Part shown: positions 45,901-56,269 of the stretch, piece after piece | Layout of the letters: each line of letters begins with the position of its first letter | How positions within the stretch are numbered: the stretch's first letter is position 1 | NCBI RefSeq assembly: GCF_021869535.1 | Contig: NW_026262745.1 | Coordinates: 12,524,001 to 12,588,000, forward strand | Length of the DNA: 64,000 bases | Source: Mytilus californianus | Taxonomy: Eukaryota | Direction: 5' to 3' | Position numbers and translations under genes: made by a program | Notes under the pieces: generated by a model | What the model was told of the DNA's origin: nothing | Seen by the model: the letters and a program-made list of their open reading frames with translations, nothing else | Databases searched by the model: none

Positions 45901-48900
45901 CATAAATTGGTGGATTAATTGAGATATAATCCACTGTTTGACATAGTGAGATAGACCAATTGAGGTATATAATGCAGTTTTATCACAAAACTTTTAAAAG
46001 ATATTCGAGTATCTTTTTGCTCATATACCATGTTAAGTAGTTAAGCTTTGACAAGTTCTTATTGGTGACATGTAATTGCATCTGACTTCCTGTTCTGCAT
46101 TTTGTGAGAATGTGGATTATACCTCAATTGAGGTATAATCCACTAATTGATGGATATTCACGAATGGTTTCCTTAAGTCTGCATCAGTTCCAACTTTAAG
46201 AATTGTTAGTCGAAATGGATAGGAATAGACTGTGTAACAAAAATAAGATTTAATAGATAAAAACTCATAATTTATAAGTAGGAAAAGGAGGGTCATTTTA
46301 GTTTTTAGGTTTATATAACAAAATGCAGCACGAAGTGTCAGAATCAATTACATGTCATCAGTAAGTGGTCATCCAAGAATGTTATGGTAAATACAAAAAG
46401 ATGCTCTAATATCTTAAAAAAAATTTTAGTATAAAAACTGCATTATACCTCAATTGGTGTATCTCATTATATGTCAAATGGTGGATTATACCTGAATTGA
46501 GGTATAATCCATCAATTAATGGTTATTCCTGACCTGCTGAACGAATTCTAGTCACTTTTGCACCCAGTATAGTAAATTCAGCACCTAATCAAATCTGGAC
46601 CTGGTTAATTCGGCACCCAAGGCAGTTATTTCGGTACCCATGATTAATATATATATGTTTTGCAAGTAAACTATTGAAGACTCTGTTTTTTTCAATTTTT
46701 TTTAAGATATGTTCGCTCGAGGTATCACTATATACAACTGTACATTAGTTTAAACATATTTTTTTGTTTGAAAAGGACACACAGATTAGCAAAAAGTTTT
46801 TCAACTTAGTATTAGTAACATCTTCTCCAAACTGTACAACATCAAACAGCAAACAACTGATTATTTTTCATTGTGTCTTGTAACTGCTTAATTACATGCA
46901 CAGGATGATTTTTTAACGTGGATTTAATCAATCTCTGCAATTGTACATTGTACGTTTTGCAAAAAAAACAAAAAATAAAACAAAAAAAAAACTATTCTCC
47001 CCATACCTCAAATAAAAAAAAAAAGGGAAAAGGTCAAAAACATTTGGTGCCAAATTGACTAACCAAATGCCGAAATGACTTTAAATAGGTGCCGATTTGA
47101 CTTTTTCTTTGGGTGCCGATTTAACTTGTACCCTGCTCAGAGGCTGCTGTCAATGTCAGTGCTGAACGGGAGCGTCTTTTTACCACAGAACACCACAGAA
47201 TACCACAGAACACTACAGAACACCACACAATACCACAGAACACCCAAAATTTACCACAGAACTTCGAAATAATAATACTTCAGACATTATTATCGTGCTA
47301 TTGTTAATTCTTTTTATAATTTGACATTCATTATTCAAATAAAATTTATTTTTCTATTTAGGGTGGACTCATTAACGCTACGCCCCCAACTGAATGGCCA
47401 ATATAAATTGGGATCATACCGAAAACCCTTAGCTATTCAAACCATAATATATTTATATTTGTGACATTTATATTTTAAATACATTTTAATCTTTTTTGTA
47501 ATCTTAATTCATTTTTGAAAATGTTTAGATACATTAAGTAATTATTTGTTAAATTTATTTTGTTTTACCAGGTGTTTTTTTTTGTCACTTTTTTATGAAT
47601 TCTATGTTAAGAGTTGTTACAATAAATAATCAAAATGGTTAATGTAACATTTTATTGAAGTTGTTGTCAACAAATAATTAAACTTTATTAAAGTGATTAA
47701 TGAAGTTATTTGTTAAGCTGATATCTAGAGTTGTTCAAACAATTGGCGAATGTGTGTACATCAAAGTTTTCTCCATTTATAGAGTTATATATAAAACTTC
47801 AATAAGATATCTAATTAAAAGTTGTTGTAGGACAGTAATATTTGAGTTGACTTATAACATATTATAAGTGTGCCTTGTTAATTGTCAATTAAAAGTTCAA
47901 GCTCGATGACTGTTTTTGGAATCTTATGTTGTGTGTGTATCTTCTCCAATCATTTAACAATATTTCGGATTTTTACCAAATTTTGTATGCATTTAGAAAT
48001 CGTTGAACTGAGCATTTACATATATATTCTATATTTTTTAGTCCAAAATTAATGTTGACCATAGCAAGTTCACCGACACAATTAAAGTACCGAAATTTAA
48101 TTAGATAAACCAATTTTGACACTTGTGGTAATCACCAATTAACATGTCATTTAAATTATCACACCTGAGACATCAAATACATTTAATTAAATTATCTTAT
48201 ATAATCAGGTGGCAGCTAGAATCCAAACAATGAAGAATTTTGTAAATATTCAATTATTAATGAAATATATATTATGTTAAATAGAATGTTGAAAGCAGTC
48301 TTCCTGATCTAATTATTGTCTAGTCATTTCAAGAATAAAATTTTTATGATAATAAAAATTCAAGATTAAAATGTGAACCGATGATCACCATCATTTTAGT
48401 TGGAAAATTAAAATCATTGTCTTATAGGTTTATTAATTTCACAGAATAAATAGTTACATATGAGATCTTTCTTAATTTCACGAAAAAATTTTGTAAAGCA
48501 AAAGAGTTATTAACACTTTTTATCGATCAGTTCAATATATTCAAAGCGTATATTGATCAGCGATTGAGAAAACCGTACAGTAATTTTTTTGTTGCTAAAA
48601 ACTGTTTTTTTAAATGTTTATTTTAGATTTTCATTATTACAATGCATTAGTTTAGTGTCTCAAAGGTCTCCAAATGTAAACAAAATATGGAAAATAACAA
48701 AAAAGTTATGATCATTTTTATCTCATCCAGTCTGGGACTGTTAGTATAATAGTCCCATATCCAGTCAATCATCATGTCATTGGTGTAACCCGAATTAAAG
48801 AAATAATATAATTCGGAATTATTAGATTTGCGTTTTATAAAGTAATTTTACTGTTCTGTGGCATATTTCAGTAGTTTTGTTGTTATTTGTGTAGTTCTGT

Positions 48901-49145
48901 GGTATATTTTGAGTGTTCTGTGGTATTCTGTGGTGTTCTGTGGTAAAAAGACGTTCCGGTGCTGAACAGCTTCATGAAAATTATATGGATTCCTCTTTCA
49001 CGTATTCAGAGGTAACAACTGGCTTTAAAAATACATGCATCTGTACGAATGGCGAAAGTTTAAAAGCTTATTGACGAGCCAAGTTTCTACTGTGGTATAT
49101 AATTGTATCGTAGCAAAACAATCATACTTTTGTGAAGTTTGACAT
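42552..49145 (-). CDS. MRPL30: 39S ribosomal protein L30, mitochondrial (about 225 aa)
   Basis: Exons 49128-49145 (MSNFTK|gtatga), 44342-44596 and 42552-42956, all phase 0; KLHMVQRMKDLSGRPYWEK..KYGL...VVLKNTPSVNKDLKSVAHMIKITPITFPYGLP is the uL30m signature. Confidence 0.93.
44342..44596 (-). CDS. MRPL30: MRPL30 exon 2
   Basis: tgtttctag|VSVLLRCLPKLNLGQVRHRK...RPYWEKEICEKYGLDIK|gtagtt. Confidence 0.95.
45905..46515. mobile_element. MITE with ~85-bp imperfect TIRs and internal palindromes
   Basis: 45905-45985 is the imperfect reverse complement of 46430-46515; perfect 32-bp palindrome gtggattatacctcaattgaggtataatccac at 46112-46143. Confidence 0.75.
46539..47130. mobile_element. Probable Mutator-like MITE with ggcacc/ggtgcc subterminal repeats
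   Basis: Repeated (t/c)ggcacc motifs on the left and ggtgccg motifs on the right; TSD only approximate (cctgctgaa versus cctgctcag). Confidence 0.45.
47168..48958. mobile_element. Non-autonomous Mutator-like (MULE) element
   Basis: TIR gga(g/a)cgtctttttaccacagaacaccacagaataccacagaacac at both ends; 9-bp TSD gtgctgaac at 47159-47167 and 48959-48967. Confidence 0.9.
49128..49145 (-). CDS. MRPL30: MRPL30 first coding exon (MSNFTK)
   Basis: aaacATG...AAA|gtatga, phase 0, yields a presequence-like N-terminus when joined to exon 2. Confidence 0.7.
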
Positions 49146-49158
49146 GTTTCGTCTCTGG

Positions 49159-49167
49159 ACCGGAAAT
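49159..49167. promoter_or_regulatory. ETS/GABP-like motif ACCGGAAAT just upstream of the MRPL30 ATG
   Basis: Near-consensus ACCGGAAGT, 14 nt from the start codon; functional role is inference. Confidence 0.3.
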
Positions 49168-49309
49168 ATGTGTTGCTACAGTAAATACAGAACATTCAGG
49201 AAACAACTCCGATTATCCGTGATAATAAAGTTTACGATCTTAGGATCAGGATCAGGACGGGGAACTCCAAAGCAGTCTGCCTACTAAATATAAGTGGAAA
49301 ACATTAGTG

Positions 49310-51667
49310 AATTTTAAAATGTCAAATTATTGGAATAATGCTCTTCAAATTGACACAGTCCAAAAGACATCACTTAAATATCTAGCTATAATGGAAAGCC
49401 GCATATCTCCTACACCACATTGCAACATGTTCGAAAAGGTTTAATTAAAAGTAGGATGATGACACGAACGTATACACTACAAGCTGATCGGCATAAATTC
49501 AGCAGATAGGAAATTACTCCAACTTGTCAAATGTGCAACCAAGAACCAGAAGCTTTCATGTCGATCCGGCCCCACGTCGATCCGGCCCAACGTCGATCCG
49601 GCCCATATTTAAAGTCGATCCGGCCCAATAAAAAAATATATTTATAAGGAATAAAAATAAAGATATATATTAATTGTAATTCATAAATGTTTATGAGTTT
49701 TATTATAATGTAAAAGATGTACGGTAAAAAAAATTGGCCTTTGACAAATATTTTCTTTAGATGAGTTTAAAACAACTATGTTGATTATGTGTTCATTACA
49801 ACTTTTCAAGATTATTGGGTATAATTATAATAAAAACGTATATAATTGAATTTAGTACAATCAACAGACATCAACATTAATCAGCAGTAATTAGCATTTC
49901 TTTCAATCAGTTGACTGTGATCTTAACAAGTCTTTCATCCTGTGTAATAACAAATAGTTACATACACAAGTGCGTCTGGTAGATGAACAGAGTCTTGCCC
50001 GTTGGCAACGCACCAAGTATCAACGGTCACAGGGACGCCTCTCTTCACTATGGGAGCAACTTCAAGACGGTACCATCACCACCTCCTTCTTCCTTCGTGC
50101 CGTCGGACACATGTACGACATTCCTGTGCCAGACCCAGAACCAGAAGAAGACACTGACAGCGAGTGATTTAATTGACATTGAGTGAACTGTATGACTTGT
50201 GTTATGTTAGTGCATATGTGGCTACAATCTATATGTTTATATAACATTTATTTATTAAATGCTTAATGAGTATTCTTTATGTTTAGAATAATAAAGTGCG
50301 TTTGTTCTTGGTGAGCTAATCAAATTGAACAATTATAGTGCTGTTAGTTGTTCTATAATATATATTATATATGTACTGCGTATGATATTTACTGTATATG
50401 TTATTGTAGTGCTGTAAGTGTGACCCCTTTTATATTATGCGAGTGACAGTGTAACTGTTAGTGTAAATGATTTAAGAGTTATATATATTTATGTGAGTGT
50501 CAGAGATAGTGTGTTTGTTAGTGTGTATGAATTTATTGTTATATTATAGTAGTGCTGATATTATATTTTAGAGAGTGAAAAGGTGCATTCAGTGTAACTA
50601 TTTTGTTATTATCTTGCAGTAAAGAATATTGGATACTCATATAACTTGTTTTTTATCTACATACTATTCAAAATATTGTCAACTTTAAAAAAATATATTG
50701 ACTATATTCGATATTACAAAAAAAAACGTGTGTTATAGAAACCTTTGATGTTACCTGAAAAAAATACAATTAATTATTATAAGACATAACGCCAAACAAA
50801 AGATCAAACTATAAAGACCTTGTTGATTACGTAACTTTAATCAATCAGGATTTGATTGAATTATATAAGTGATTACGAGTGGCATTACCTTAGTTCACAA
50901 TCATTAGACAATTGTTGAATAAACAATTAAACCAATTATAGACTAATGATTTGATTAAACAAACCATTATGATGTAGGGACGGATCGACGTGGGCCGGAT
51001 CGACTTGGGGCCGGATCGGTTTGGGGACGGAACGACCGGATACCGAACCAGAAGACCTTATTCATATGCTTACTAGTACCTGCTCAGCATTAAGTGAGAC
51101 AAGAAAAGAAACTTTCAACCCGATAAAAACTTATGTAACCAAATTCATTGGAGAAATGAAGTGGAAAGAGACATTCATTGATAGACATAAAATTACAGTC
51201 CTTATAATTGACTGTACAAACTTCACATATATATTCAGTGAAAGCAAGCTCAAAGTCAAAATAGAAGAACTAGAAATGCTCACAAGTGATATGTGCTACA
51301 AGATGCATAACTCGAGACTAAAACTGATAAGTGTTTAATGGCTGTTGACAATTATCACTCAACTTAGATACTTAAAGTCTATTTTAGATTTTAGCAAGTG
51401 TATATATATTCACGGAGTGTGTACATAGTTAAAGACTTTTTATCCATATTACCCTCAAAAGAGGGGTGTTCCTAACAGAGGAAGCTTATACGAAGAAAAG
51501 AAGAAGGACGATTACATAACATAGTTTGACAACAAATTTCATGTGATAAGGACCTAGAGATGGTTTTAAAATGAATAGACCCATTTTACAAAGATTTATT
51601 GCAACATCTTCCCAAGTCTTTAAGCTTTCTAGCAGGTAGAGATAATCAGGACAGGAAGAAGAAGAAT
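49310..51667 (+). mobile_element. 3' fragment of a non-LTR retrotransposon (zinc-knuckle region, GAA-repeat tail), split by a MULE
   Basis: 49310-49551 reads ...IKSRMMTRTYTLQADRHKFSR*EITPTCQMCNQEPE and continues at 51045 as EPEDLIHMLTSTCSALSETRK; gaagaagaagaa at about 51655-51666. Confidence 0.8.
49552..51044 (+). mobile_element. Deleted Mutator-like element retaining a transposase C-terminal remnant
   Basis: 9-bp TSD gaaccagaa at 49543-49551 and 51045-51053; subterminal gtcgatccggccc repeats inverted at both ends; 49970-50167 encodes RLVDEQSLARWQRTKYQRSQGRLSSLWEQLQDGTITTSFFLRAVGH, like the tail of MULE transposases. Confidence 0.85.
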
Positions 51668-51940
51668 ATTTGAATATGTGTTTCTTTTCTTTTCAAGCAT
51701 AGATCATTGTACACTATACAAATCCTTGATTGTATATCATTAGATACATGTCTAAAAAGCACAGGCACTTGTTTTTATCCATAGGGAGGTCGACTTCTAT
51801 TAAAGATGCTTAGTTGACGATAGAAAAAAGTGCCTGTAGGCTGTACTAAAAAGCCTAAGAATTTGACACCATGCATATGCATGCTTGGCTCAGGCATCCC
51901 TCTTGCCAAACTACAATAAAAATAGGCTGCAGACCATATG

Positions 51941-53353
51941 CAGTCAGGGGACTTACTTAAATGAGTGTTTTTTTAAATCACTGATTCAAGTAACATTGTG
52001 TCCACAAATGTTGGAAGTAAGAGTTGTCTTTCTTTAATAATCACCTATTTAAGTAGTACAAATAAATAGGTGGGTCTTTTCACCACCGAACACTACCGCA
52101 CACCACCGAATACTGCCGAACACCCCAAAAAACACCAACCACTTAGAAAAAAAGTGATATTATACAATAAAACAATAAAATCACGTATAATTGAATCAAT
52201 TTTTAGATTTTTATGTGCATCATTTTTATGTTAAAGTCGATAATCAATATAATGAAAAACGTCTTGGGAATCATCACTATTTTTCCTGGATTACATTGTG
52301 TGTATAATATATATTTCAAATAAAATTCAAATATATTCATAATTAGTAATCAGTTCAAGTATTTATCTTCGATCTCTGTTTATTGGTTAGATTTTGATAT
52401 TGTCTCTTTTCTTATTATATTTATCATGTTTATTGGTACAGATATTTTATAGAAGAAGAAAAAATGAAAAAAATAAATATTTGAGGTGTCCAATGGCAGT
52501 GGTGGTTTGCGGAGTTGTGGTCTTATAAGACTCTCCTTTTCTGTTCGATGTAGATATTTGGTCTCTTAATCTTATTATTTGATGAAGTAATAACTTAAAT
52601 ATTATATTTAGGTGACATTTATAACGATAAAAGATAAAAAAAAAAAAAATTGGGGTGTTCGGTGGTGTTCGGCAGTGTTGTTCGGTGGTGAAAAGACCTA
52701 CCGCAAATAAATTAATAGACTAAGTGATATAATTTTATTGTAGCTTTAAATATACAATACTAATGATCCAGGGACTAATTATGTTGCTAAAATTATCAGA
52801 ACCAACATCTGTGTTGATAGGATGACCGGTCATGTCAGGTTATGACCTTGTACTGAATCTCGGATAATGACATGAAAAATCACTTAAGTATCATACCTCT
52901 ATTTTCTTAAAAAAAATCACTTCTTTAAGTATTATTTTAATTACCCCCATTAATTTCAACACCCCGAACAGTGAAATTTTGATCGTGAACAGTAAAATTT
53001 TATTACATAATCTGTTAGATGAAACCTTGAATTTTACAGGAAAATTACTCCCACTGCTGGGAAAAATCTGTTAAGAAAATATCAGTTCATTATTTAAAGC
53101 CTTTATTATAGTATTTTTTCAACAAATATAGAATTTACAGCTAAATGATTGCATCAAAGGCATAAACCTTGCTATTTAAAAGAAGAAAAGCCCGCCTTCA
53201 TTTTTTCCAATTTTACTTATAATAAGATATAATCTAAACCTATATGTTTAAAATTTTGGTAAAACTACAAAATCACAATTTGTGATAATATTTCAAATTT
53301 GCTACTTAAATAAGTGATCTTTAAATCATTTATTTCAGTAAGTCCCCTGACTG
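51941..53353. mobile_element. TIR element with CAG termini and an apparent 5-bp TSD; superfamily uncertain
   Basis: TIR cagtcaggggacttact 17/17 at both ends (21/22 extended); atatg at 51936-51940 and 53354-53358. Confidence 0.75.
52068..52703. mobile_element. Mutator-like MITE nested in the 5-bp-TSD element
   Basis: TIR ggt(g/a)ggtcttttcaccaccgaaca...; 9-bp TSD caaataaat at 52059-52067 and 52704-52712. Confidence 0.88.
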
Positions 53354-53844
53354 ATATGTAATATAACAAATCCGGGTCCGTGGGCTTAAAAATGTTCGCT
53401 CCGTTTCATGTTCCCACCCTGGGTCTGTTTGTGCCCTACATGATGTTCGCACCCTGGAACATATATATATAATTCTGCTTATTTAGTGTTGTATTACAGC
53501 TTTCAAATGTTGATATATATATATACCATATTTAGACCCCACTACCAAGAAATTAGTTTAGCATGCACACGTATAAAAATTGCGGTTTTTATCCAACGCA
53601 ATCATAGGTTTGAACGTTGTTTTCAATTTAGACTTGTTTATATTTTTTCGTTTGGGCTTGTATTATATTTGCCTTTGGGTTTATATAATCCGTTCATCCT
53701 ATTTCGACTCTTCAAAATTCAAGAGTCAATCCTAAATTGAGGTAAATTATATGGCCTTCCAAATACCGTTTCGAATCCTAACATCACTGAAGAGACATAT
53801 ATACCATATATATATATATATAAACATTTTTTCTTTATGATATA

Positions 53845-54150
53845 AATATAAGGAGTTGTCATATGATTACCAATGAGACAACTATCCACCAAAGTTCAAG
53901 TGAAGTGGATGTAAGCAATTACAGGCAACCGTATGGCCTTCAATAATAAGAAAATCCCATACCATATAGTCCGCTATAAAAGTCCCTGACATGAAATATA
54001 TGAAACAATTCAATAGAGAAAACTTGCAACGATCTAATTTATTACAAAACTATTTACGAAAAACAATTATCACAGACATGAAACAACAACAACCACTGAA
54101 CTACAAGCTCCTGACTTGGAACAGGGTAAGGCACATAAAGAATATGGCGT
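53845..54150 (+). mobile_element. Dispersed repeat family A copy
   Basis: ataaggagttgtcatatgattaccaatgagacaactatccacc...ggccttcaat...gctcctgacttgg. Confidence 0.75.
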
Positions 54151-55414
54151 GATTAAAGATATGTTCTAAAGATGATATAGATGTGCAAAGCTACAATGTA
54201 TGTCATGAAGAATCGCTGTAATTTCTAATATCACAAAAGCCAAGGACTTAGCTATAGGGGTTCTACAATTATCCAGTTCTTAGAATACAAATGTTATGTA
54301 ATATGTCTATCTTATTATCATTCAGAGGTGCAAATGAGAACTAAAATGAAATGGTTATTTGTTTTCTAACATTATGTGACATAACCATGATAACTGGAAA
54401 AGTTTATCATAAAAGTAACCAAAGGAAGTTATAAGTTTGGCCTTTCAAGGGACATAACGTATTAATTCTAAAAAATCTTGTGAATGATTCTAGCTGACTA
54501 ATGTTTTAGCTATATTCCTGATTCAGGGTCAATTTCCTCAGAAAAGTAATTTAATATTAATTTCTTTATAATAAGTATGACTCTGATCTACAGACAATGA
54601 CAGATAATGATGAAAGTTTAAATTTAATATCCAAATGGTGTTACAGTGTTATTTAGAGTCCATCATCATTCTTAACTTACATCGTATACATGGAAAATTA
54701 TTTATAATTCAGAGAGGGGAAGTGTCTGTTATTTACCATATTTAATCACAAATGGAGAAATACCACAGTACCAATTTTAAAGTAATGCTATGACCTTGCC
54801 AGATAATTAAATACACAACCTCTGTTACCACAGAGGCAGTTATCTAAATAAGTTATAGAGGAATGACAATTTGTCAGTGTATTCATTGGCAACAATTCAA
54901 GAGGTTTATTATTACAAAAATTTGTCACCTAAACCTTTATTTAATGCATACATGGCTTGGCAAAGTACGGATAAAGAAACCTTCAAGTCATGCATACAGG
55001 AATGCTGTTTGTATATTATTCCACTGTTTAAACATATTGATAGTTTATTCAATATTTGATTGGTTGAGACTATCCCACGTGTCATTGAACAAATCTTCAT
55101 ATTCCATTCTGAGGATCATATTCCCCTCTGAAATGTCGGGATTACTTCGTGCGAAGTTACGCACGGTTAATGTACATAACGTTTTGAACTTCTTATTCTT
55201 CTTAAAATAGCGATAGCAAAAATCATTATCATGTTCACATTTATTTCAGACGATAAAACAAAAAGACTTATAATTAGATTTTGATCCTTACTGTTTATCA
55301 GTGGGTATGTCGTGTTTAGTTTGACTTACAAAAACAAGCGGATAAGAAAAAAAATGTATGCAAAATAATATTTAATGTATTGATAGTAAACAAAGCAAAG
55401 GCAGTGGAATAAAA

Positions 55415-55558
55415 CATTCATTTCCCTTTGCCTCGGGAGATATGAAGATTTGTTCACCCTCGAAAAATCATATTTCCCTCGGGCAGAGCCCTCGTGAAAT
55501 ATGAATATTCTTGGGTGAACAAATCTTCATATCTCCCTCCGACACGGGAAATAAATGT
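55415..55558. repeat. Nested palindrome, probable MITE core
   Basis: Perfect 25-bp arms gggagatatgaagatttgttcaccc (55435-55459) and gggtgaacaaatcttcatatctccc (55513-55537), with inner and outer stems. Confidence 0.85.
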
Positions 55559-55709
55559 GTATTGTTCATTGGTCACTTATATACATGTACATCTGGACAC
55601 ATTTTTGATAATATTTTAGGCCTGCATGAGAGAATTTGAGTTCAGTGTTGATAGCAGAACTTAATTTGTTTGTTCCTATTAAATAATTCTCAACATTTAT
55701 AGACTATAC

Positions 55710-55865
55710 ATATGTACAATTTAGAGCTTGACATATTGTATAGACACTATAGGTGTCTATTGTTGAAGACTGTATATATGTCACTTTTATTGTCCTTAAG
55801 ACGTCTTTTGGTTATTTTTGTTATTGGGTTGCTGTCTCATCGACATATACTTAACATCTCCTTTT
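55710..55865 (-). mobile_element. Dispersed repeat family A copy
   Basis: ctattgttgaagactgta...gttgctgtctcatcgacatatacttaacatctccttttatt. Confidence 0.6.
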
Positions 55866-56079
55866 ATTCAAAATCACCAAACAATTCTGTACCATAATAT
55901 ATTTTACATGCAAAAGTGATTCATTGTTAATTATAGCTAACACATTGATGCAGCTTAAAGTCAAAATACAATTAAATCTTATATACATTTAAGTAAAACT
56001 ATGGAGGTGACCATATAAGGCTAAAGCTATTGTTTGTAATAGCTCTATTTATTCTATTTACATGATATATTTTATGCAG

Positions 56080-56269
56080 ATTCTCTACAAGTAATACTTG
56101 CAGTCAAAAACAGAAATGGAGCTACTTCCAGGGTCCTAGTGATGCACCATTGTTAGGAGTAACCATTGGTCAGGGATTGGAACAGAGAGCTGATTTAAAT
56201 CCTGATAAAGAAGCTGTTATCTTCTCTACTGGAAATGTCAGGAAAACATTCAGTCAGCTATTAGAAGAG
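56080..56269 (+). CDS. ACSF2: ACSF2 exon
   Basis: ttatgcag|FSTSNT...[19 protein letters not shown]...KTFSQLLEE|gtattt. Confidence 0.92.
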
